From: Desulfomonilia bacterium
Lineage (GTDB): Bacteria > Desulfobacterota > Desulfomonilia > UBA1062
Reading direction: 5' to 3'
Length of the DNA: 64,000 nt
Assembly: GCA_963664325.2 (NCBI GenBank)
Contig: CAXXDQ010000003.1
Location: 384,001 to 448,000, forward strand
In this document: piece by piece, positions 10,588 through 20,527 of the stretch
Layout: each line of letters opens with the position of its first letter
How positions within the stretch are numbered: position 1 is the stretch's first letter
Notes under the pieces: generated by a model
Seen by the model: only the letters and a program-made list of their open reading frames with translations
Databases searched by the model: none
Told to the model about the DNA's origin: nothing
Made by a program: the position numbers and the translations under genes

Positions 10588-11942
10588 ATGGATACAATGT
10601 CCATCATGGACGTGATGTATCTTGCCAGAATCCAGTTCGCAATGACAGCTATATTTCATTTCCTGTTCGTTCCTCTTACGCTCGGGCTGGCCCCGCTGGT
10701 TGCATGGATGGAGACCAAGCACCTGACAACCGGTGATGAAATGTATGAGCGCATGGCGAAGTTCTGGGGCAATCTTTTCATCATTAATTTTGCCCTCGGG
10801 GTCGTGACGGGGCTTACCATGGAATTCCAGTTCGGCATGAACTGGGCCAAATATTCCACCTATGTGGGTGATATATTCGGCGCGCCGCTCGCAATCGAGG
10901 CGCTGGCTGCATTCTTCCTTGAAAAGCATATTCATCGGCCTCTGGATTTTCGGCCGAGGTTAAAATTTCCGGGAAACTTCATGTCGCCTCGATCTGGATC
11001 GTCGCGTTTGCCGTCAACCTGTCCGCCTTCTGGATACTGTTTGCAAACGGATGGATGCAGCACCCTGTAGGCTATACGATACAGCAGGGCCGTGCAGTGA
11101 TGACGGACTTTTGGGCTTTCCTTAAAAATACCTATGGCTGGTATAAATTCCTGCACACGATGTTTGCAGGTTTCGTAACCTCATCATTTTTCGTCCTCGG
11201 AATATCGGCGTGGCATCTTCTCAGGAAGAGCGGGACAGCCCTGTTCATGGCATCGTTTAAAATGGCGGCGATACTTGGGCTCGCCAGTTCGATTATGGTT
11301 TTTGTGCTTGGCGACATGGCCGGCGGCGATATAGCCATGGTCCAGCCAGAAAAGCTGGCCGCCATGGAATCCCACTGGGAGACCGCAAGGCATGTACCTT
11401 TTTATCTGCTCGTCATGCCCGATGAACGGAATTCGAAAAATTCCATAGAGCTCTTCGGCATCCCGGGAATGGTGAGCTTCCTTTCATTCAAGGATTTCAA
11501 TGCCGAGGTCAAGGGCCTCAGGGAATGGCCGAAAGAGGACAGGCCTCCGGTCCTGCCCGTGTTCGCCGGCTTCAGGCTGATGGTGGGCCTGGGCCTGCTG
11601 TTCATGCTGTTAACCGCGATTGCGGTATACATTTCAATTAGGGACGGATATGGAAAATGGGGTTGGTTTTTAAAGCTGCTTCCTTGGGCATTGCCGCTTC
11701 CGTATCTTGCAGCCGAACTCGGCTGGGTGGTCGCCGAGATGGGCCGGCAGCCGTGGATTGTGTACAGGGTCATGCGCACGGCTGAGGCGGTTTCTCCGTC
11801 CGTTGGAGCAGGACAGGTAGTCTTTACCATTATAAGCTTTCTGATGATCTACGGACTGCTTGCAGCCCTTGACATCTACCTTCTTGCCAAGGCTGCGCGC
11901 AAAGGTCCCGTACCCGCATCTGCAGAGAGGTCCGAATCATGA
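10588..11942 (+). CDS. cydA: Cytochrome bd ubiquinol oxidase subunit I; two +1 frameshifts near 10924 and 10960
   Basis: [45 protein letters not shown]. Removing one A and one T restores [23 protein letters not shown]...ANGWMQHP. Confidence 0.92.
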
Positions 11943-12934
11943 GCCTTGCAGCCTTGTGGTTTTTTATCCTGGGTGTTCTGTGGGCCGCATGGATTGCCAC
12001 GGACGGCTTTGACCTGGGAGTCGGCATACTTTATCCGTTCATCGGTAAAACCCCTGGAGAAAAGTCACAGCTTGTAAAAACAATAGCCCCTCTCTGGGAC
12101 GGGAACGAGGTCTGGCTGATTACTGCAGCCGGCGCTACATTTGCAGCCTTCCCGGCGGTCTACGCTGCCCTTTTCAGCTTCATGTACATTCTGTTTGCAC
12201 TTTTGCTATTCTCGCTGATCCTCCGCGGAGTCGCGCTTGAATTCATATACAAGGGGCGAGGAGAGCTCTGGCTAAAGGCGTGGGGCATGCTGTTTTTTGC
12301 AGGGAGCATTTCAGCGCCGCTTTTCTTCGGACTTATCTTCGGTAACGTCTTTCAGGGGCTGCCTTTTGATGCCGCAGGCTTCAGGGGAGGTTTTTCCAGC
12401 CTTATAAATCCGCTGTCGATACTCACAGGTTGTTTAATGGTGATCCTCTGCATCCTGCACGGCAGTCTGTGGGTTTTTATTAATGCTGAAGGAAGCCTGA
12501 GAACTAGAGCGCGATCGACATCATCATCCGCATGGTTTATAGCGCTTGTCGTCCTAATAATATTTATCGCTGAAATCCCCATATTTACAGAGCTGCACAG
12601 AAATTATCTCAAATATCCGATAATTTTTATGTTGCCGGCAATACTGCTGGCAAGTTTTTTCTGTATCCGCCTGTTCATTGCAAAAGGCAGTCCCTGGATA
12701 TCGTTTGCATGCACGATGCTTTTAATAATAACGCTTTTCATGACGGCTTTTGCGGGGCTGTATCCGAATTTCCTTTTGTCGTTGATTGACCCGAATGAAA
12801 ACCTTACCGTTTCACGGTCGTCTTCAGGCAGTAATACCCTTGTCATCATGACAGGAGTCGCACTTGTAATGGTGCCCGTGGTAATAGCCTGCCAGGCATT
12901 TGTTTACAGGGTGTTCAGGTTTAAAGATAAATAA
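11939..12934 (+). CDS. cydB: Cytochrome bd ubiquinol oxidase subunit II
   Basis: TDGFDLGVG, PLWDGNEVWL; overlaps the cydA stop. Confidence 0.95.
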   Translation: MSLAALWFFILGVLWAAWIATDGFDLGVGILYPFIGKTPGEKSQLVKTIAPLWDGNEVWLITAAGATFAAFPAVYAALFSFMYILFALLLFSLILRGVALEFIYKGRGELWLKAWGMLFFAGSISAPLFFGLIFGNVFQGLPFDAAGFRGGFSSLINPLSILTGCLMVILCILHGSLWVFINAEGSLRTRARSTSSSAWFIALVVLIIFIAEIPIFTELHRNYLKYPIIFMLPAILLASFFCIRLFIAKGSPWISFACTMLLIITLFMTAFAGLYPNFLLSLIDPNENLTVSRSSSGSNTLVIMTGVALVMVPVVIACQAFVYRVFRFKDK

Positions 12935-13014
12935 AACCTCGCCGCATCTTGACTGAACATGCAAGCACCTTACCTTTATTTACAGGTTTTTTTACAAATT
13001 GCAGGAGGTGGCTG

Positions 13015-14016
13015 ATGAAAATCAAATCAGGCCGCAGTCGGGTCCTTGTTTTATTGATCATCGCAGCGGCGGTTGCAAGCCTCGGTTCTGCCAAAGGCTG
13101 CAAACCTGATTTGAGCCCGTTTGATCCGGCGGAACTGTATTCCCATGTAACAAAGCTTGCTGGAGAGATAGGTACGCGGAATATCAAGGAGCCGGGAAAT
13201 ATCCTTGCGTCCGTTTATATCCATGACAGGATGGTAGAATACGGCCTCTTTAACGTCCATTACGAATATTTCCCGGACGGCTATGGGAACCTCTACAGAA
13301 ACGTTGCAGGCACATGCCCGGGCACGACATTTCCGGACCTGATTATCATTATCTGCGCCCACTTTGATACGCAGAAAGGTGTGCCCGGGGCGGTTGACAA
13401 TGCAACTGGAATTGCTGCGATGCTTGAATATGCCCGCTATTTTTCGGATAATCCCGCCCCCTATACGTTAAAGTTTGTGGCCTTCAACGCAGAGGAATCC
13501 GGCTATTACGGTTCGTCATACTACCACAGGAAAAGCCTCTCAACGGGCGAGATTGGGAATACGCTCATGATCCTGAATCTTGATATGGTGCAGAGCAATG
13601 CCTCAGATCCAGAGGCGCCTTTTGTATTGTTTGTCCTTTCACCCAACAGGGCCACCGTAAAGTCTTTTTCCGAAGAAAAGGACGAAATGGGACCTGCAGC
13701 CTGCAATATCGTTTTAATTCCGGCAAAAACCGCTTCGGTAATATCTGAAGGACTCAGTACCGATGCAAGATTCTGGATTAATGATCCAGTTATTTTATGC
13801 TGGCCCTGGGCTTATGACACCTATTACAACAAGCCTGTCGATACCTGCGATAAGGTTGACGAGACAGGCCTTGCAATAGGCACGAAGTTTATTTTCGGGT
13901 TCTTCACTAGGATGCTCAAATGCGTACCTGATGAATTCAGGGAAGAACTTGTGGATTATGAGGTTTCTCCTGAACTGCTTGCGTGGCTGATTGATAAGGG
14001 GGGAATAAAGCCCTGA
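13015..14016 (+). CDS. M28 family metallopeptidase, exported
   Basis: ICAHFD, GAVDNATG, AEESG, NLDM motifs; GGAGG RBS; N-terminal hydrophobic segment. Confidence 0.85.
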   Translation: MKIKSGRSRVLVLLIIAAAVASLGSAKGCKPDLSPFDPAELYSHVTKLAGEIGTRNIKEPGNILASVYIHDRMVEYGLFNVHYEYFPDGYGNLYRNVAGTCPGTTFPDLIIIICAHFDTQKGVPGAVDNATGIAAMLEYARYFSDNPAPYTLKFVAFNAEESGYYGSSYYHRKSLSTGEIGNTLMILNLDMVQSNASDPEAPFVLFVLSPNRATVKSFSEEKDEMGPAACNIVLIPAKTASVISEGLSTDARFWINDPVILCWPWAYDTYYNKPVDTCDKVDETGLAIGTKFIFGFFTRMLKCVPDEFREELVDYEVSPELLAWLIDKGGIKP

Positions 14017-14145
14017 AGGTCGGTCCCGGGCATCAAATAAGGTTCAAGCAGGGATTGTGCAATATCCTGAAAATGTGTAATATGCCTCCAAGATTCTTCA
14101 CCGCCTTTTTTTAGGGCAAAACAATTCTGGTTCTGGAGGACAAAA

Positions 14146-14445
14146 ATGAAAAAGCTTATAATTGCCATGCTGGTGATGTTCGGGATCATGTTCAGTACAA
14201 CGCTCATTGCAGCAGATCTTTACGGTATAGTAACGGACAAAAGCGGCAAACCGGTCGAATCCAAAATGGACCTCAAGGACGCCAAAGACGGAAAGGTGGC
14301 TGCAAGCGTCAAATCGGACAACAAGGGGAACTATTCATTCAAGGACATAAAACTTGGAAGCTATATCATGGTTATCGGTACAAAGGAGTTCAAGGTTCAG
14401 GTAGCCCCTGGCGATACGCGCAGAGACTTCCAGCTCGACAAATAG
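14146..14445 (+). CDS. Secreted carboxypeptidase-regulatory-like (prealbumin fold) protein
   Basis: Signal peptide; GIVTDKSGKP...SDNKGNYSFKDIKLGSY pattern. Confidence 0.7.
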   Translation: MKKLIIAMLVMFGIMFSTTLIAADLYGIVTDKSGKPVESKMDLKDAKDGKVAASVKSDNKGNYSFKDIKLGSYIMVIGTKEFKVQVAPGDTRRDFQLDK

Positions 14446-14506
14446 CGGCAGGCTCATCCGCGCCTGAGTTTTTCATAAAGCCCGACACGTCAAGCGAGGT
14501 TTTAAC

Positions 14507-15499
14507 ATGTCCGATGATATAAGGCCGAAAAAGGATTTCTGGGACATCATACAGGCGCTTGGTCCGGCAATCATTGCCGCCACTGTGGCCATAGTCGGTA
14601 CCATGTACAACCATCAGCAGGCGCAGATAGCAAAGGCTTCCGAAATGCGCGAAGTCTATACGAAGATAATGGCCGAGCGCGAAAGTTCGGACAACAACAT
14701 CCGGGCGACCATGTTCGGCATGCTCTTTAACGCCATGTTCCAGAAAGTGGGCGGTTTGAAGGGAGAGCCCACAGATGCGCAGGCTATAAAGCAGCAGGTC
14801 ATGTTTCTCGACCTTTTAAGCCGCAATTTCGATACGATCGATATAAAGCCCTTGTTTGAAGACCTCGACAATGAGATGACAAAAAAGGTTTATGACGAAA
14901 AATATCCTGCTGATTTCAGAGGGGAGATGTTCATCATGCGGGCCGACCTGAGACGCATAGGAAAGAATCTTTCCATCAAGCAGCTCAATGCCCTGGCCTC
15001 CCTTGCGGGCAGCGATGTGAGACGCGTCGTTATCATGCAGATGAATGACGGCACCATGCAGGCTATTCCGGATGAACCCCCTGAGGGCAGGACCGATGAC
15101 TTTCCTGTCGAGATCAAGCCCGAAGTTCTGCACGACGGGGTTATCGACCTGACGCTCGATTATAAAAAAAGCAAGGCCGCGGACCAGGGCTTCAAGGCGC
15201 CAAGCTTCTACATAACCTTTTACGACCTGCCTTATATAGACAACAGCGTTCTTGATAAGGATATGAGGGTGGCGCTTGTGCTGACCAAATTTTTCAATGT
15301 CCAGGACCTCGACAAATTCAGGGGCAAACTGGACAGGAGATTGCTCAAGGACTATCAGGATATGAAAGACGGCGGCATAGCAAAATATGCCGAGGTACGT
15401 CTGATCAAATTCCCGGCAAAATATACCGGCCACCGCGACAGGCCTTACTTGCAGGAGATTCTGCAGGACCTGGTCGATGATAACAAGCTGAAAAAATAA
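14507..15499 (+). CDS. Hypothetical protein with an N-terminal TM anchor
   Basis: 330-aa ORF, GAGG RBS, KKDFWD followed by a hydrophobic helix and a coiled segment. Confidence 0.7.
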   Translation: MSDDIRPKKDFWDIIQALGPAIIAATVAIVGTMYNHQQAQIAKASEMREVYTKIMAERESSDNNIRATMFGMLFNAMFQKVGGLKGEPTDAQAIKQQVMFLDLLSRNFDTIDIKPLFEDLDNEMTKKVYDEKYPADFRGEMFIMRADLRRIGKNLSIKQLNALASLAGSDVRRVVIMQMNDGTMQAIPDEPPEGRTDDFPVEIKPEVLHDGVIDLTLDYKKSKAADQGFKAPSFYITFYDLPYIDNSVLDKDMRVALVLTKFFNVQDLDKFRGKLDRRLLKDYQDMKDGGIAKYAEVRLIKFPAKYTGHRDRPYLQEILQDLVDDNKLKK

Positions 15500-15534
15500 G
15501 CCCGGAAAAGTTCGGCAGACCTGTAAACTGGCAG

Positions 15535-16029
15535 TTAGATAAACCTCTCGAAACGGTCCGCTTTAGCCTTGCAGATGGGGCAGACCCCCGGCGGGTTGTC
15601 GCGTGCGCAAAGGTAACCGCAGACCCTGCACCGCCAGACGGGGTAGGGGAGTTCTTTATTTAAAAGCCCGGATGCATTCACTGTTTTAGCCTCTTTCTTA
15701 CCGGCAGGCCTTCTGTCGGGTATTGAGGAAAGCTTTTTGGCGCCCGTTGCGATTTCTTCCGTCACATAAAGGGCGCAGTAGCAGGCACCGTAATCCGTCA
15801 GGTCGGCGTCCCTGTAGTCGCAGGGGCAGATCATGTCCCTGTCTTCTTCGATGGTGCCCGAGGCAAGCCTGCAGGGGCAGGCCTGATAGCCGTAGCGGGC
15901 TTCATTTTCGAGGAGGCCTTCAGCAATGACCGTGGTAAAACCGTCATCAGGATTTATCCGGTAACCGCCTGCCAGTGCGTCGGTCTTCAGCTTCGCCAGA
16001 AGACCGGAGGCCTTTGAAGCATCACTCAT
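15535..16029 (-). CDS. Ferredoxin-thioredoxin reductase catalytic domain fused to rubredoxin (FDR-like)
   Basis: CPCR, CPCD and CYC motifs; C-terminal WRCRVCGY...CPICK. Confidence 0.92.
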   Translation of the reverse strand: MSDASKASGLLAKLKTDALAGGYRINPDDGFTTVIAEGLLENEARYGYQACPCRLASGTIEEDRDMICPCDYRDADLTDYGACYCALYVTEEIATGAKKLSSIPDRRPAGKKEAKTVNASGLLNKELPYPVWRCRVCGYLCARDNPPGVCPICKAKADRFERFI

Positions 16030-16304
16030 TTCAGCGCATCCCTTATATCGTCTTCCTTGAACCCTACGATGCAGCTGCTGCCGTTAATGACAAGGGTCGG
16101 GAACGAGCATGAAGGATTCCATCTTTTGACTTCATCAACTACGGCCTGTTTTTCATCTCCGCTCAGTGTATCGACATCGGTATACGAATAGGCCACGCCC
16201 AGTTCGTTCAATAGCCCCTTCGTTTTTCTGCACCACCCGCAGGTGCTGAGTGCGTAAAGCATGACCTTGCCCTTGTTCTTTCCTTCGACGTGGTTAACTG
16301 ACAT
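16026..16304 (-). CDS. Glutaredoxin/NrdH-like redoxin
   Basis: YALSTCGWC, SFPT; GAGGAGG RBS before ATG at 16304. Confidence 0.9.
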   Translation of the reverse strand: MSVNHVEGKNKGKVMLYALSTCGWCRKTKGLLNELGVAYSYTDVDTLSGDEKQAVVDEVKRWNPSCSFPTLVINGSSCIVGFKEDDIRDALK

Positions 16305-16320
16305 ATTTCCTCCTCTTCTA

Positions 16321-16445
16321 TACAGGGCGTCATAACTTTGCATACCTTTGTCGCTTCCTTGGCTCGTCATTGCGGCATACGCTAAAAGTATGCCTCATTC
16401 CTTGCCATCGTCGCTCCTCGGTCTGCTTTGTTCTTACACCCTGTA
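16321..16445. mobile_element. MITE-like element 1 (125 bp)
   Basis: Terminal inverted repeats TACAGGGCGTCATAAC / GTTCTTACACCCTGTA; internal hairpin ggcatac-gctaaaa-gtatgcc; non-coding. Confidence 0.65.
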
Positions 16446-16645
16446 TTTATAATCGCTAGTGACTTATTATAAAACAATTTGCTTGAGAAAACGATCTCCA
16501 TCTGATGTCAGGGTTGCCTGTATTAATAAAACCCCTTCCTGGAATAGTCAGAAATTTGATTCCATGACATTTTGTCAATTGTTGGAAGCTGACCTTTTAA
16601 CTTCCGCAAAGTGGTCCAAATTCCAGAAGGTTGAAGTTGTCTCAC

Positions 16646-19600
16646 TCATTCAAAATTGTCTCTATAAAAATTAAGATTTCGTTCGTCAAGTTCTTGGCTA
16701 AATCGTTGAAATACTTCTCTGGCGTTTTCCTTCATTTTAAAATCCCGACAGCAAAGAAAAAATCTGAATACAGGCGCTTGGCTATGTCGGTCAAAATGAT
16801 ATTCGGGTTGTGCAATGAATTCAAAGAACCGCTGTACACACTTCTCATTCTTTCCCTGACGGTTCCAGATTGCTAGAAGTTCTGACATTGCATAAATGTC
16901 GAGCGGGTCTATTTCTAAAGACTCTTCTGCTTTTTCAGCGGCTTTATCGAGCTTATTCTGTCTCTGGTAAATCTTCGCCAGTTCAGTGCGGGGATGCAGT
17001 TGTTTATTGTCGATTTTCAAACTTTCCAACAAAAGAGCTTCAGCTTTATCGAGCTTATTCTGTCTCTGGTAAATCTTCGCCAGTTCAGTGCGGGGATGCA
17101 GTTGTTTATTGTCGATTTTCAAACTTTCCAACAAAAGAGCTTCAGCTTTATCGAGCTTATTCTGTTTCTGATAAATCTTTGCCAGCTCTGTGCGGGCTTG
17201 CAAGTTTTTCTTGTCTATATCCAAAAGCTTTTGCAAAACTACTTCAGCTTTATCGAGCTTATTCTGTTTCTGATAAATCTTCGCCAGCTCTGTGCGGGGA
17301 TGCAGTTGTTTATCGTCGATTTTCAAACTTTCCAACAAAAGAGCTTCAGCTTTATCGAGCTTATTCTGTTTCTGATAAATCTTCGACAGCTCTGTACGGG
17401 GATGCAGTTGTTTATCGTCGATTTTCAAACTTTCCAACAAAAGAGCTTCAGCTTTATCGAGCTTATTCTGTTTCTGATAAATCTTCGACAGCTCTGTACG
17501 GGGATGCAGTTGTTTATCGTCGATTTTCAAACTTTCCAACAAAAGAGCTTCAGCTTTATCGAGCTTATTCTGTTTCTGATAAATCTTCGCCAGCTCAGTG
17601 CGTGAATTTAAGTCATCAATTTTAATATCGAGCACTTCTAGCAATACAACTTCAGCATCAGTCAATTTACCTTGCCTCTGGTAAATCTTCGCCAGCTCAG
17701 TGCGTGAATTTAAGTCATCAATTTTAATATCGAGCACTTCTAGCAATACAACTTCAGCATCAGTCAATTTACCTTGTCTCTGATAAATCTTCGACAGCTC
17801 AGTGCGGGCTTGCAAGTTTTTCTTGTCTATTTCTAAAAGCTTTTGCAAAACGGCTTCAGCTTTATCGAGCATATTCTGTTTCTGATAAATCTTCGCCAGC
17901 TCAGTGCGTGAATTTAAGTCATCAATTTTAATATCGAGCACTTCTAGCAATACAACTTCAGCATCAGTCAATTTACCTTGTCTCTGATAAATCTTCGACA
18001 GCTCTGTGCGGGCTTGCAAGTCTTTTTGATCTATTTCCAAAAGCTTTTGCAAAACGGCTTCAGCTTTATCGAGCATATTCTGTTTCTGGTAAATCTTTGC
18101 CAGCTCTGTGCGGGCTTGCAAGTCTTTTTGATCTATTTCCAAAAGCTTTTGCAAAACGGCTTCAGCTTTATCGAGCTTATTCTGTTTCTGGTAAATCTTT
18201 GCCAGCTCAGTTCGGGCTTGCAAGTTTTTCTTGTCTATTTCCAAAAGCTTTTGCAAAACGGCTTCAGCTTTATCGAGCTTATTCTGTTTCTGGTAAATCT
18301 TTGCCAGCTCAGTGCGGGCTTGCAAGTTTTTCTTGTCTATTTCCAAAAGCTTTTGCAAAACGGCTTCAGCTTTATCGAGCTTATTCTGTTTCTGATAAAT
18401 CTTCGCCAGTTCTGTGCGTGTATGCAAATTATCAGGCACTTCTTGGATAAATAATTCTAATAAAGATACAGCTTCATCATCTTTGTCCTGAGATAGAAGC
18501 AACCAAAATTTGGCAAGATGAAGAGTTGCATACAGTTTTTGGGAGAGTTTAACTTTATCGACAAGGTAGCTGTTAAATAGATAATCAAAAATGGATTGAT
18601 AATTAACATGGTAATCTTCAATCAAGTAGTTCTTCTTAGTTCCAAAGATATTCACCAGCGCTTGAGAGTGCAATAAATCACGGAAATCAGTATGCTCGCA
18701 ACATTCCATTAACAGTTCAGTCTTTTCTAAATTGTGGTGCTCACGGAAATATACTTCTGAAACTATTTCATGTTTAGTCCTTAACAATATATTCTTTCGA
18801 CCTGAAACATCACGTCTTTCGTCTACAACTACGGGCTCGTATTCCAATCCACGGAATTTTTCTAGAAAGATTCTCTGCTGCACTTCATCAGCGTGTAAGA
18901 TTTTTGACAAAAGTGAAAACGGCATTTTGACGCCAAATAAATAAAAAAGCGCTATATATTTGTAGCCACCTTGGAAAGACGGAATATCTATGGTTAGCTT
19001 ACGATAATCATCCCAGTCGAAGTCAAAATCGATTTTCCGCTTTTTTTTGAGTTCTAACAATATGGTATATGTGGCGTTGACATAAGCAAGCCGTTCATTA
19101 AGACCGATTTCTCGTAATGTGGTTGTATCGTCGTCAGCAATTCCCAAAAGCTCAAAAAGCTTATTGTATACTTGTTGGCGCTGTTTGCGTGAATTCCTGA
19201 CAATGATAGGATCGTGTTCTTCTTCACCATGCAGATATGTCATACACCCATTCTTCTGCATGGCATGGTAACGGTGCCCTCGTTCTGCAATCAAAATGTT
19301 TATTTGCTCACAGTAATCAGGGATGAGCCTTAGGAGTAATCCCAATGCCTCTTCATCCTGTGCCGGGTTGTCAATACATAGCAGAACCTTGCCTGTAGCA
19401 TTACAGTATTTTATTTGGGATAGAACATTTTCAAGATCACTCCTATTAAGATTTGCTTCAAAATTAAGCATATAGACGTTCTGCCCGCTCAATGACAATT
19501 CCACGGCTAAACGATGCAAGATCGTAGTCTTGCCACTCCCACCATTCCCCAGAATCCAAAACGTCCTGCTGGAAGTATACTTTTTAAGTTTCTGAAGTGC

Positions 19601-20245
19601 ATTTTCCACAACATCGGTATTTCGAATGTCCATTTTGTTGCAGACGACTTTGAATACAACATCATCCCGGTCGTTAATTCTATAATATTCCAGTGCTAAC
19701 TTTTTACGTCTATCTGGATCGTCAATAAGTGCTTTTTGGATATCGTCAATCGTAATTTTTCTGAAACCAGGAGTATGTTTGATAGGGCATTGGGGAAAGA
19801 AAATGGGTATCAACGTTTCAGCATAATCCCAAATTTTTTCGTTTATCGTATCCCATCCCCAGTATTCTACAATAGTTTCTATAGTAGATATAGATTTGGC
19901 TTTTTGTTGGAGGTGAGTGTCATTCTTAAAAGTGGACGCAAAAATAAACCGCTTTGGACGAGTAGTGAGGTCTTTTGTCTTTCCAAATTCCTCCACCATT
20001 TCAGTAGTCAGAACTTCTCGAAGGTTTTTTTCACTTTCATATCGCAAATCTTTAAGTTTGCACTGAAATGTTATATCGGAAACAGTAGGAGAGTATCCGT
20101 CAATACCGTGCTGATTCTGACCTCTTCTGCCAAACTGTTCTATGCCGGGATCTTCATAAACCAGCCGCAAAATGTCGCGAACTAGTTTTTCAAATGTGTC
20201 TGCATCAATTAAAGGTGGCAGTTGATAAGTCATGGTTTCTTCCAA
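16646..20245 (-). CDS. PD-(D/E)xK (Mrr-like) nuclease + STAND-type P-loop ATPase + TPR array; Avs-like putative defence protein (start TTG 20245 or ATG 20233)
   Basis: FEKLVRDIL...GRRGQNQHGIDG...FQCK nuclease motif; Walker A GNGGSGKT; Walker B LLCIDN; 15 consecutive 34-aa TPRs; visibly AT-richer than the flanks. Confidence 0.8.
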   Translation of the reverse strand: MEETMTYQLPPLIDADTFEKLVRDILRLVYEDPGIEQFGRRGQNQHGIDGYSPTVSDITFQCKLKDLRYESEKNLREVLTTEMVEEFGKTKDLTTRPKRFIFASTFKNDTHLQQKAKSISTIETIVEYWGWDTINEKIWDYAETLIPIFFPQCPIKHTPGFRKITIDDIQKALIDDPDRRKKLALEYYRINDRDDVVFKVVCNKMDIRNTDVVENALQKLKKYTSSRTFWILGNGGSGKTTILHRLAVELSLSGQNVYMLNFEANLNRSDLENVLSQIKYCNATGKVLLCIDNPAQDEEALGLLLRLIPDYCEQINILIAERGHRYHAMQKNGCMTYLHGEEEHDPIIVRNSRKQRQQVYNKLFELLGIADDDTTTLREIGLNERLAYVNATYTILLELKKKRKIDFDFDWDDYRKLTIDIPSFQGGYKYIALFYLFGVKMPFSLLSKILHADEVQQRIFLEKFRGLEYEPVVVDERRDVSGRKNILLRTKHEIVSEVYFREHHNLEKTELLMECCEHTDFRDLLHSQALVNIFGTKKNYLIEDYHVNYQSIFDYLFNSYLVDKVKLSQKLYATLHLAKFWLLLSQDKDDEAVSLLELFIQEVPDNLHTRTELAKIYQKQNKLDKAEAVLQKLLEIDKKNLQARTELAKIYQKQNKLDKAEAVLQKLLEIDKKNLQARTELAKIYQKQNKLDKAEAVLQKLLEIDQKDLQARTELAKIYQKQNMLDKAEAVLQKLLEIDQKDLQARTELSKIYQRQGKLTDAEVVLLEVLDIKIDDLNSRTELAKIYQKQNMLDKAEAVLQKLLEIDKKNLQARTELSKIYQRQGKLTDAEVVLLEVLDIKIDDLNSRTELAKIYQRQGKLTDAEVVLLEVLDIKIDDLNSRTELAKIYQKQNKLDKAEALLLESLKIDDKQLHPRTELSKIYQKQNKLDKAEALLLESLKIDDKQLHPRTELSKIYQKQNKLDKAEALLLESLKIDDKQLHPRTELAKIYQKQNKLDKAEVVLQKLLDIDKKNLQARTELAKIYQKQNKLDKAEALLLESLKIDNKQLHPRTELAKIYQRQNKLDKAEALLLESLKIDNKQLHPRTELAKIYQRQNKLDKAAEKAEESLEIDPLDIYAMSELLAIWNRQGKNEKCVQRFFEFIAQPEYHFDRHSQAPVFRFFLCCRDFKMKENAREVFQRFSQELDERNLNFYRDNFE
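16910..18436 (-). repeat. Intragenic tandem array of 15 near-identical 102-bp TPR-coding units
   Basis: ttcagctttatcgagcttattctg recurs every 102 bp (e.g. 17039, 17141, 17243, 17345, 17447, 17549); RTEL(A/S)KIYQ occurs 15 times. Confidence 0.95.
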
Positions 20246-20527
20246 TTATATTTTTTAGATGCCCAACAAGTTATTCTAAAGTTTCTGTATATCTTAGAAA
20301 TCCAAGGAATTCGTGAAGTTTACTACTATGACAAGGTATTTCTTTTGTTGTTTCACCACAGGCCAACCAAAATCCAATGATTCAATCAATCACAGGATAT
20401 TTCATACATTTAATATTTTAACAGGTTTGTTGCAAACCTTAAATTTTTAACTTTCCGTATGTCATATCGATTTTAATGTTATTTCAAGTTCGAAGGACCT
20501 CACATGCAAGCAATCCTATAAGCATTA

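Noticed and set aside
16305-16370. N-terminal extension of the glutaredoxin ORF to 16370
   Set aside because: The extension runs into the MITE-like element; a strong RBS supports ATG at 16304
16910-18436. 102-bp periodic array as a CRISPR array or DGR template/variable repeat
   Set aside because: Units are contiguous and in-frame TPR-coding, with no unique spacers, no cas or reverse transcriptase gene, and no adenine-specific variation
16870-18454. Plus-strand repetitive ORFs (251, 203, 158, 117 aa)
   Set aside because: Antisense shadows of the TPR array
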